From positions 1 to 30,592 of the IMG/VR virus record IMGVR_UViG_3300051213_000220: a stretch of DNA of 30,592 nt; one strand, 5' to 3'. Each line of letters opens with the position of its first letter. Positions within the stretch are counted from its first letter, which is position 1. Positions 19,354 through 26,565 of the stretch are shown piece after piece. Under the pieces are notes generated by a model that worked only from the letters and a program-made list of their open reading frames with translations, was not told where the DNA came from and ran no database searches. The position numbers and the translations under genes were made by a program. The stretch comes from a virus. Lineage: Duplodnaviria; Caudoviricetes.

Positions 19354-19956
19354 ATGAAAAAAATACTTTTCTTTTTACTCATTCCTTTTCTTGCCCTTTC
19401 GCAAGACGTTGTTACTGATACGGTGTATATTCAAAAGCAAGGAGACATTTATTACATTGTCACCATGACCACGTTCAGCGATAGCACGGTGACAGGGAAT
19501 AAACAAATACTTGGCGATTCATTAACTGCCATTAACGCACTTGTTACCGATGCTGAAAGGCAAAGCAACACAATTGCCATTCATGCAAAGCCATTGATTT
19601 TAAAAGGTAAAGCGGTAAAGCGTATTAATTATTACAATAATTTGCACCTTCAAATAAGTGGTAAGCCTGTTTACACGTCAACGGCACTCCGTGATTCAAC
19701 GGCTTTCATTGGCGATTGGACATTGGTTTTTAACGGGGAAAATATTTTAGGTGAAATACAGATAAACAATGCCAATCGTTTTATATTTAATCCTGACAAC
19801 GGCAAGGTTTACACGATTACAACTAATTTATTATTAAGCACTTTTACCAACCAAGTCAGCTTTGCCTTCAACGGTGTGCGCTATGACTTGTACAAGTTTG
19901 CCAATGGCAAGTTTGCAACGGTGGATAATGAAGTGCGGCTAATAAAAAAGGAATAA
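19354..19956 (+). CDS. Secreted hypothetical protein
   Basis: MKKILFFLLIPFLALS|Q signal peptide. Beta-rich C-terminal half. Confidence 0.75.
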   Translation: MKKILFFLLIPFLALSQDVVTDTVYIQKQGDIYYIVTMTTFSDSTVTGNKQILGDSLTAINALVTDAERQSNTIAIHAKPLILKGKAVKRINYYNNLHLQISGKPVYTSTALRDSTAFIGDWTLVFNGENILGEIQINNANRFIFNPDNGKVYTITTNLLLSTFTNQVSFAFNGVRYDLYKFANGKFATVDNEVRLIKKE

Positions 19957-19957
19957 C

Positions 19958-20362
19958 ATGAAGTCAATAATTTTAAACCTACTTAAACAAGGATACGATT
20001 TCTTTGCCGTGGCATTGACAACTGGCTTTATCTTTTCCTTTTTCTTCCCGATTAAACATTTCCTTTTATTCACCATCGCAGTTGTAATAGCTGACACAAT
20101 CACGGGAATCAAGGCAGCACGGAAAGAGGGCAAGGCTATAACGAGCAAAGGACTGTACAGGACAACAGAGAAGATAGTGGTATATTTCACATCTATCCTT
20201 ATATTTCACGGTGCTCAGATTACCTTTGCAATACCAGTACCAATCGTTTACCTTGTGAGCTCAGTCATCGCTGGCACAGAATTGTTCAGCGTGGCGGAAA
20301 ATGTCAAGCGGATTACGGGAGTAAATCTTGGAACAATAATAATTAGATTTTTCAGACGTTAA
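19958..20362 (+). CDS. Holin
   Basis: Three hydrophobic segments, DTITGIKAARKEGKAITSKGL..T.EK and ELFSVAENV motifs. Lies upstream of the endolysin. Confidence 0.85.
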   Translation: MKSIILNLLKQGYDFFAVALTTGFIFSFFFPIKHFLLFTIAVVIADTITGIKAARKEGKAITSKGLYRTTEKIVVYFTSILIFHGAQITFAIPVPIVYLVSSVIAGTELFSVAENVKRITGVNLGTIIIRFFRR

Positions 20363-20373
20363 AACAAATAAAC

Positions 20374-20673
20374 ATGGAAACAAATTTCAAAGAAGTTTTA
20401 AAAAACTCAGACACAAAGAAAAGTCCATTATCGGACATTGCTTGCTATTCTCTTAATTTTGCAGAATTAGCGCAAAGTATAAATGTAATCGTAAGTGATG
20501 ATGATAAGAAAGTTAAATTTACCTGGCGAGAGTATGTTAAACTTGCTCAAATCATTTGGGATAAGGTTAAGGAGACATCCAAAGAGTGCGCAGGAAAGGA
20601 AATAGAAGTTAAAGTACCAGCCAAATTTGGTTTGATTAACGCAGCCTTTGCACTAATTGGTTTTAAGTTATAG
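20374..20673 (+). CDS. Hypothetical protein in lysis region
   Basis: A-rich start (AAACAAATAAACATG), 99 aa. Confidence 0.7.
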   Translation: METNFKEVLKNSDTKKSPLSDIACYSLNFAELAQSINVIVSDDDKKVKFTWREYVKLAQIIWDKVKETSKECAGKEIEVKVPAKFGLINAAFALIGFKL

Positions 20674-20702
20674 GCGCAGCAGGAATCGCTACCTTAGTGC
20701 CG

Positions 20703-20732
20703 AGGGGAGTAGATTGGTTTCTATTCCCCTTT
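20703..20732 (+). terminator. Stem-loop / weak terminator
   Basis: AGGGGAGTAGA-TTGGTT-TCTATTCCCCT, an 11-bp stem followed by a short T run. Confidence 0.55.
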
Positions 20733-20746
20733 AAAATAAAAAAACT

Positions 20747-21577
20747 ATGTTACAAAAAATATTTCCAAATACCTACCAATTTATAGACTATCAAGTATTT
20801 AAAAAGGATAGGTATTTTTTACTGATTTCCGATGTACACCTTGATAGTGTGCATTGTGATAGAGTAAAGCTAAAGCAACACCTTGACCTTGCTTTGGAAA
20901 GAAGTGCTTTAGTATTTATTTTTGGTGATTTACTTGACTTGATGCAAGGAAAATATGATCCTCGGAGTAACAAAGCAGATTTAAATCCAAAATACAACTC
21001 TGCCAGGTACATTGACGAAGTAATTAAGGATGTTGTAGAATTTTTAATGCCATACAAATCTATCTTAGCTTTCTATTCTCCTGGCAACCATGAGACAAGC
21101 GTTGAAAAGCGCATTGAATATGGCATAGTAGACAAGATTTGCGGAAAGTTAGAAATGACACAAGGAAATTACTCTGGATATATTTATTGTAGAATGTATG
21201 CTTACCTTGATGAAGGTAGTAAAGTGCCTTTAATTATGGCTTATCACCACGGTTACGGAGGAGGAGGCCCAGTAACTAAAGATGTAATTCAAACAAATAG
21301 AAGAGCTGTTTATCTGCCAGATGCTAATGTTGTTATTAGTGGACATACACATGACAGATGGATAGTACCCGTTACCAGAAATAGAGTAAACAGATACGGT
21401 GAAAGTATTGACCAGCAATGGCACATCAAGACAGGCACCTATCAAAATGCACCTATTGACTTTAATGGGTATGCGGTAGAAAAAGGCTTGTCTCCTAAAG
21501 CAGGTGCAGGTATCTGGATGAAATACACCTTTGATTCAGATAAGAAATTAATTTATAATTTTCAATTTGCAGAATGA
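20747..21577 (+). CDS. Calcineurin-like metallophosphoesterase
   Basis: SDVH, FGDLLD, GNHE, HHG and SGHTH metal-binding motifs in canonical order. Confidence 0.9.
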   Translation: MLQKIFPNTYQFIDYQVFKKDRYFLLISDVHLDSVHCDRVKLKQHLDLALERSALVFIFGDLLDLMQGKYDPRSNKADLNPKYNSARYIDEVIKDVVEFLMPYKSILAFYSPGNHETSVEKRIEYGIVDKICGKLEMTQGNYSGYIYCRMYAYLDEGSKVPLIMAYHHGYGGGGPVTKDVIQTNRRAVYLPDANVVISGHTHDRWIVPVTRNRVNRYGESIDQQWHIKTGTYQNAPIDFNGYAVEKGLSPKAGAGIWMKYTFDSDKKLIYNFQFAE

Positions 21578-22233
21578 AACCAAATGAATTTGTAGTATGT
21601 GTGGATGCTGGGCATGGTGGTTTACGGAAAGGAATAGGGCCAGATAAGTATGTCACCTATCCTTCCAAATGTTTCCAACATAATCACGGTAAATTCCATG
21701 CTTATGGCTGGTTCTTTGAAGGAGTGTTCAATCGCTCCCTTGCCAACTTCCTTGAACAGTTTCTTCTTGACTATGGCTTCCAGGTGAAACAAGTCTATGA
21801 GCCTATAAACGATACATCTTTGAACAAACGATGTCAGCTCGTAAATAGCTATGCTTCTTTGGGCAAGGCAACTGTGCTTGTTTCCATTCACGGCAATGCA
21901 GCAGCTTCAACATCTGCCAGAGGATGGGAGGTGTTTACATCGCCAGGTGATACAAAGTCTGATCTCCTTGCAACCATGATAGGAGAAGAAGTAAAAGATG
22001 CTACTCCTGGCTGGGTGCATCGGCATGATTACAGTGATGGTGACCTTGACAGAGAAGCAAGATTTCAGATGTTAACGGCTACCACAGTGCCAGCGGTGTT
22101 GACAGAAAATGGCTTCTTTACAAATTACAACGATGCAGTATTAATGATTGACAGAGAATGGCAGGAGGCAGTGGCAAAAGCTCACGCTAAAGGCATTCTG
22201 GAATATGCTATAAAGCAAGGTGTGGAGTGGTAA
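21574..22233 (+). CDS. Endolysin, N-acetylmuramoyl-L-alanine amidase (Amidase_3)
   Basis: DAGHGG, EGVFN, SIHGNA and AVLTENGF motifs. Confidence 0.93.
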   Translation: MKPNEFVVCVDAGHGGLRKGIGPDKYVTYPSKCFQHNHGKFHAYGWFFEGVFNRSLANFLEQFLLDYGFQVKQVYEPINDTSLNKRCQLVNSYASLGKATVLVSIHGNAAASTSARGWEVFTSPGDTKSDLLATMIGEEVKDATPGWVHRHDYSDGDLDREARFQMLTATTVPAVLTENGFFTNYNDAVLMIDREWQEAVAKAHAKGILEYAIKQGVEW

Positions 22234-22234
22234 C

Positions 22235-22265
22235 AAAAAAGCCGCAGGATAAAACACCTGCGGCT
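22235..22265 (-). terminator. Intrinsic terminator at the convergence point
   Basis: AGCCGCAGG/CCTGCGGCT 9-bp stem followed by a T run on the minus strand. Confidence 0.8.
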
Positions 22266-22289
22266 GAAATTACACTAAGTAAACACCAC

Positions 22290-22568
22290 TCAACTTTTGA
22301 AGAGTTTTTTGAACATCGTAGCTGCTTTAGCTTTGACTTCGTCTTTTTCGCTTGTATTATTTACTATCATAAATAAAATAGCTTGTAATCTTTCTGGATT
22401 CATATACTGATAAAACTTCCTACCTGCTCCATCATTGCCGGAGTAAAATTGCAGCAAGGCACTATTTGTGTTTACAACATTATTTTTATTGATAGGTTTT
22501 GGATATTTATCTATCAACAATAATCCATGTTTTATTTCCTTATCATTTAATAATTTAGTTATCTGCAT
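22290..22568 (-). CDS. Hypothetical protein
   Basis: 92-aa ORF, last gene of the leftward operon. Confidence 0.65.
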   Translation of the reverse strand: MQITKLLNDKEIKHGLLLIDKYPKPINKNNVVNTNSALLQFYSGNDGAGRKFYQYMNPERLQAILFMIVNNTSEKDEVKAKAATMFKKLFKS

Positions 22569-22728
22569 GACTTCCTATTTTTAAAAGTGTTAGTTTAGTT
22601 TCTTCTTGCCTTATCCTGGTGGCTAAGTAGTCAACATAAAAATAATTAATCTTTCGTCTCATCGTCTCCTCGATGTATGCCAGGTTCAACCGGTGGAGCT
22701 TCTTTTCTATAACCTTTATTTGCATCAT
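22555..22728 (-). CDS. Small hypothetical protein (57 aa, not in the ORF track)
   Basis: MMQIKVIEKKLHRLNLAYIEETMRRKINYFYVDYLATRIRQEETKLTLLKIGSHADN. Bridges the gap between neighbours and overlaps both. Confidence 0.5.
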   Translation of the reverse strand: MMQIKVIEKKLHRLNLAYIEETMRRKINYFYVDYLATRIRQEETKLTLLKIGSHADN

Positions 22729-23185
22729 TTTCGTAATAAGTTTTAGAAATTAACGCTATTTGGAAAGCGTCTATTTCATCTTGTGAAAGTTTTTTATTTC
22801 CATGCACCTCTAACTTCATTGCCTTAATAACTGACATACAATAATCAATAGTCCATTTGCTGCCTTTGTGCTGCGGTGAAATACCTTTTACTTTATGTCC
22901 ATTTAACTCTAATAAGTCAATGATAGTCCTGGATGCTCCTTGATTCATGCCGACGTTTCGGCTAATCTTATTGCTTGCTTTTACATTTGCGTGTTTACGA
23001 AAGGTAATATTTTGGAGGGAAGAATCTTCTACAACTATTGCACAATCTCTCTCCCATGTTAGGCTATCCATTATCCATGTAGCCAGATTCTTGTACCTAC
23101 CAAAATATACCTTTTTATCATCAATCACGCACACTGCCAAGCCGTTTAGCCGCATGGCTGGATCTATGCCGACGAATTTCATCAT
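22646..23185 (-). CDS. RuvC-like Holliday junction resolvase
   Basis: FVGIDP, IVVE and DEIDA acidic triad in RNase H/RuvC spacing. Confidence 0.7.
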   Translation of the reverse strand: MMKFVGIDPAMRLNGLAVCVIDDKKVYFGRYKNLATWIMDSLTWERDCAIVVEDSSLQNITFRKHANVKASNKISRNVGMNQGASRTIIDLLELNGHKVKGISPQHKGSKWTIDYCMSVIKAMKLEVHGNKKLSQDEIDAFQIALISKTYYENDANKGYRKEAPPVEPGIHRGDDETKD

Positions 23186-24065
23186 AATTTATCTTTTTAT
23201 TTAAGAAGTTACGTTTTACATACTTACTTACAAATTTCAATAAAGTATGATAATCATAGTATTTTTTACCATGCTTCCATAATCCCATCAATGGAAAGTA
23301 TTCTAAATTTAATGTTCCATAGGTCATAAATAGGCAGTTATCATAAGTTGTTCTGCTATATCCATCCCACAAATCTATGCCGGACAACATATCATAAGTT
23401 ATTGTATCAACTGTGTAGGTATCATCTGCCTCGCTGTAATAACTCCTTTCCAACAATTTGTTACTTATTTTTTCAAAGCCAACAGTATTATAGGCAAGAA
23501 AGTGATTATTCTGGGCATTTAAAGTAGTTATTCCCAACACTAACATAATTGCCAATGATAATTGAACACTGCGCACTGTTGTATTCATCTGTACGGGCTC
23601 TTTACCTTTACTTGGTACATTGCGCTTCCTTGGTGCTTTAATGCCAATGCCGTAGGCTTCTATGCCTTTCTCAATGAATTGTATCTCTAACACATATCCA
23701 AAGCAGATAATTGTGCCGATAAAAAAGAACATGGCATAAAACTCTGCACCAGTTGCCTGGCCTTGAATAGAAAAGAATAATTCTAACAATGCTACTACGG
23801 TGGCTATTGCTGCAACCTTTGGAGGATACTTTGATCGTTTAGTAGATGGATTAAGAAAGTCAATAAATACAATGGCAAATCTGCCAAACTGCAACATGAG
23901 AGAGGCAGGGATGGAAAGGAGTAAAGGAAGGGGAAGGAAATACACATTTAGTGCAGCTGTGATGGCATAAGTTAAAATAATGCCAACAAAGATAATTTTA
24001 GGCATTGTAGATGTAATGTCATCAAATAGCCATTCAAAGTTTTGGTTGTTAAAATTCTTTTTCAT
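23121..24065 (-). CDS. Multi-pass membrane protein with an internal signal peptide-like segment and soluble C-terminal domain
   Basis: About four hydrophobic helices in residues 25-130, a basic linker, then MNTTVRSVQLSLAIMLVLGITTLNA|Q. Confidence 0.75.
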   Translation of the reverse strand: MKKNFNNQNFEWLFDDITSTMPKIIFVGIILTYAITAALNVYFLPLPLLLSIPASLMLQFGRFAIVFIDFLNPSTKRSKYPPKVAAIATVVALLELFFSIQGQATGAEFYAMFFFIGTIICFGYVLEIQFIEKGIEAYGIGIKAPRKRNVPSKGKEPVQMNTTVRSVQLSLAIMLVLGITTLNAQNNHFLAYNTVGFEKISNKLLERSYYSEADDTYTVDTITYDMLSGIDLWDGYSRTTYDNCLFMTYGTLNLEYFPLMGLWKHGKKYYDYHTLLKFVSKYVKRNFLNKKINYDEIRRHRSSHAAKRLGSVRD

Positions 24066-24102
24066 TTGTGTGATGTTTTAGTGATTTGTCATAATGACTT
24101 TA

Positions 24103-24138
24103 CAAAAGTAATATAAAATAAATAACTTGTATATAAAT
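24103..24138 (-). promoter_or_regulatory. Bacteroidota-type promoter (cassette copy 1)
   Basis: Minus-strand TACTTTTG (24110-24103) matches TAnnTTTG. Upstream motifs are shared with the 28823-28859 copy. Confidence 0.65.
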
Positions 24139-24153
24139 ATTAAAAATAATTAT

Positions 24154-24183
24154 AAAAAAAGTGCGAAGGCAAATCTCCGCACT
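24154..24183 (-). terminator. Intrinsic terminator
   Basis: Minus strand AGTGCGGAG-ATTTGC-CTTCGCACT followed by a T run. Confidence 0.75.
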
Positions 24184-24211
24184 CTGAAACAACTTAAAAA
24201 TACCAAAATGA

Positions 24212-24397
24212 TTACGATTCTTTTTTCTTGTGTTTATTGTATCTCTCCCAGGCTGACATAACTCGTATCTCCTTTGTAGCTGTTTCAATTCTCAGTAGTT
24301 TAAATTCCTCTAAAGCATCTTCCAAATTTCTTGCAGTGACTGTTACGCTTCTGCCATTTTCATATTCAATGACATATTTATTCATTTCTACTTCCAT
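24212..24397 (-). CDS. Small hypothetical protein
   Basis: MEVEMNKYVIEYENG... The start at 24397 is coupled (TGATG) to the upstream ORF. Confidence 0.6.
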   Translation of the reverse strand: MEVEMNKYVIEYENGRSVTVTARNLEDALEEFKLLRIETATKEIRVMSAWERYNKHKKKES

Positions 24398-24525
24398 CAG
24401 TGCCATTTTTTAATGTAGTCAATAATAAAGTAAATAGCAAAGGCTAAAGTCACAATGCCTCCTGCGGCTACAAAGATGTTTGCTGCATCCTTGATTAATT
24501 TTGTTTTTTCATTTTCTGTCAACAT
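24397..24525 (-). CDS. Small single-pass membrane protein (42 aa, not in the ORF track)
   Basis: MLTENEKTKLIKDAANIFVAAGGIVTLAFAIYFIIDYIKKWH. Fills the gap after dcd exactly. Confidence 0.6.
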   Translation of the reverse strand: MLTENEKTKLIKDAANIFVAAGGIVTLAFAIYFIIDYIKKWH

Positions 24526-24527
24526 AG

Positions 24528-25061
24528 TTATTTATTTAAATACATTTTACTTGCTACTGGATCACTTCCCTGGTTGCTATACTTTGCATCCTCCTTTTTG
24601 TCATAGCTTATTTTAGGCATCTCGCTTATTTCATGATAAACTATTTGCGCTATCTTCATGCCAGGATAAATCTTGATCCTTTGCACTGCAATGAGCTCCA
24701 ATGTCCAATGTCCTTTAAATCCAACATCTCCAAAGCCAGCAGTAACATGAACAAATAAACCTAATCTTCCAAGTGATGATTTTCCTTGTATCACTGGCAC
24801 ATGGCGCAGTGTCTCCGTATATTCAACAGTTGAGGCAAGGTAAATAACATTAGGCTGTAAAATTAAACCTTCCGCAGGAATAATCATCGGTGCGCTAAGA
24901 TTCTTTTTCCTTACATCTAATATACTATCTGTATATAGTATTAAAGTGTTATGAAGAGTTAAATCAATGCTATTAGTGCCAAGGTTCTCTGGTATAAAAG
25001 GCTCTACTACAATGTTGCCATTGTTAATTTCTGCGGTAATTGTGTGATCTGTTAAAATCAT
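24528..25061 (-). CDS. dcd: dCTP deaminase
   Basis: NSIDLTL, GKSSLGRLGLFVHVTAGFGDVGFKGHWTLE, YPGMKIAQI and KYSNQ motifs. Confidence 0.93.
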   Translation of the reverse strand: MILTDHTITAEINNGNIVVEPFIPENLGTNSIDLTLHNTLILYTDSILDVRKKNLSAPMIIPAEGLILQPNVIYLASTVEYTETLRHVPVIQGKSSLGRLGLFVHVTAGFGDVGFKGHWTLELIAVQRIKIYPGMKIAQIVYHEISEMPKISYDKKEDAKYSNQGSDPVASKMYLNK

Positions 25062-25387
25062 TTGTCGTATTTTTTACGGTTATCAAAATCTTGTTTAGTA
25101 AAATAGTATTCTGTAAGCATTGCAGCATTGCATTGAAGGTGTGCGGCATGGAGCAGTCCTGACTCCGCATCTATATCCTCTCCCAGCCTTATCGCTTCCA
25201 GGTGCCTCATTGCACTGGCAATTACCTCTGTCCAAGGCATTCCCTTTTCCCAATTTCCTTCCGGATACTTGCCCAATGCCTGTGTCCATACTTTGGCATA
25301 TTCACGGTTGGCAAGAGGAGGGATAAGATCGTAGCGAAGTTTATCAGAGTTATAGCGAAGGCCTCTAACTTCATCGTAATCTTTCAT
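25058..25387 (-). CDS. DUF5664-like (dATP/dGTP diphosphohydrolase-type) all-alpha NTP pyrophosphatase
   Basis: KLRYDLIP, KY..GNWEKG, SAMRHL and DAESGLLHAAHLQCNAAML motifs. Confidence 0.85.
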   Translation of the reverse strand: MKDYDEVRGLRYNSDKLRYDLIPPLANREYAKVWTQALGKYPEGNWEKGMPWTEVIASAMRHLEAIRLGEDIDAESGLLHAAHLQCNAAMLTEYYFTKQDFDNRKKYDK

Positions 25388-26028
25388 ATATGAAATGCTT
25401 TTAAAGAGTGTTCAAAGCCATTAGTGCGCAATTTTAATTCACATAACATATCCATAGCAATCTGCATTGTTTCAAATTGTGTATCTCTTGTAATTCTTAA
25501 CTTCCAAAAGTTGATGTAAGCTAACAAACTACCTGTCCAAATAAAAGTTGTTTCTAAATTTAATGGTAAAATAGTACGGGCTTGTTCCTTTGCAACTCCG
25601 AGCTGCAACAGCTCATGGTAGGCAGTTGCACAATAATTAATAACAGCATCTTGTATCATTAATGCTGCATCATTGTCGTATCTCTCTAAATGTCCTGCGC
25701 TACCTTGTTTACTACTTTTGCTCTGTAATCTAAAATCATCTATCTTGTAATAGTTATCCTGAAAGTCAACATATCTACCAGATATACTATTGGCTGTCAA
25801 TCCTACCTGGTGCTTAAACAACTGCCTTTCAACAAAGATAGGGCAGGTGATTCTATATTGTAACTGTGGATGGCGAAAGGGAGAGGTATGATTGTGTTCT
25901 GCAAGGTATTTTATTAACTTTGCATTCTGATCAACAGAATAGTTACTGGCTTCTTTTCCGTACGAAACGCGGGCAGCATTGGCTACCATGTCATCATTTC
26001 CAAATATTTCTAATAATTCTACTTTCAT
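25384..26028 (-). CDS. thyX: Flavin-dependent thymidylate synthase
   Basis: ANAARVSY, HTSPFRH, PIFVERQLFKHQ...SGRY, GVAKEQARTILP and AYINFWKLR...TQFE motifs. Confidence 0.95.
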   Translation of the reverse strand: MKVELLEIFGNDDMVANAARVSYGKEASNYSVDQNAKLIKYLAEHNHTSPFRHPQLQYRITCPIFVERQLFKHQVGLTANSISGRYVDFQDNYYKIDDFRLQSKSSKQGSAGHLERYDNDAALMIQDAVINYCATAYHELLQLGVAKEQARTILPLNLETTFIWTGSLLAYINFWKLRITRDTQFETMQIAMDMLCELKLRTNGFEHSLKAFHI

Positions 26029-26043
26029 TTTAATGTTTTTTAT

Positions 26044-26150
26044 AAAAAAAATGCCTGTCTGTTCCAGGCTGTCAATTCATCCTCTGACGCAATAAGATGG
26101 AAAGAAATGTTTAATTAATAAACAAAACATCTTACTCCGAGGTCTGCAAA
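26044..26150 (-). ncRNA. C4-antisense-like structured RNA with overlapping terminator
   Basis: Long interrupted stem CCUC..AGUAAGAUG/CAUCUUAUU..GAGG, single-stranded AUGAAUUGACA, hairpin GCCUG-GAACAGA-CAGGC and a U8 tail. The 3' end resembles, from memory, the GACAGCC-GGAAAGAC-GGC end of phage C4 RNAs. Confidence 0.6.
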
Positions 26151-26154
26151 TGTC

Positions 26155-26565
26155 TTATGTAGTCATGTGACCTACTAATATTCTCTCTTGCCTAAAGCTA
26201 CTTAACAATGTCCTGTAATTATCAGACGTAACTAAAAGTAACTTTTGCACGGCTCTGCACTGTTCAAAGATGGCAGTCGCTTTAGGATATTTACCTTTCA
26301 CATAGTAATCTGTCAAGGTAGAGGAATGCTTTATTCTTTTATACTCCTCCTCTGGCATATCTCTAATGCAGCTCATCATCATCTGGGCAAAGATACTTTC
26401 ATTCATTCCGCTTATTACTGTGTACCTTGAGTAGTAGGCAGATAATTGCCGGAGATATTCGTCGCACTCATCCAACATCTCTGCCGATGGTGCAGTCGTT
26501 ATCCAGGCATTTACTTCTTCGCAAAAGGCAGATATTTCTAACATCTTACTATTCCACTCCTTCAT
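26155..26565 (-). CDS. Helical hypothetical protein (possibly a recombination mediator)
   Basis: All-helical 136 aa, adjacent to the nuclease and SSB-like genes. C-terminal DNYRTLLSSFRQE. Confidence 0.65.
   Translation of the reverse strand: MKEWNSKMLEISAFCEEVNAWITTAPSAEMLDECDEYLRQLSAYYSRYTVISGMNESIFAQMMMSCIRDMPEEEYKRIKHSSTLTDYYVKGKYPKATAIFEQCRAVQKLLLVTSDNYRTLLSSFRQERILVGHMTT

Noticed and set aside
14807-19956. Diversity-generating retroelement targeting the fibres
   Set aside because: No reverse transcriptase and no TR/VR pair differing at adenines was seen in the window.
25058-25387. Z-genome (2-aminoadenine) system suggested by DUF5664
   Set aside because: No PurZ, HD-domain dATPase or dedicated polymerase in the window, and the neighbours point to thymidylate synthesis. 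It cannot be excluded outside the window.
26053-26069. tRNA gene suggested by a 5-bp stem with 7-nt loop
   Set aside because: No TTC T-loop, D arm, anticodon arm or 7-bp acceptor stem.
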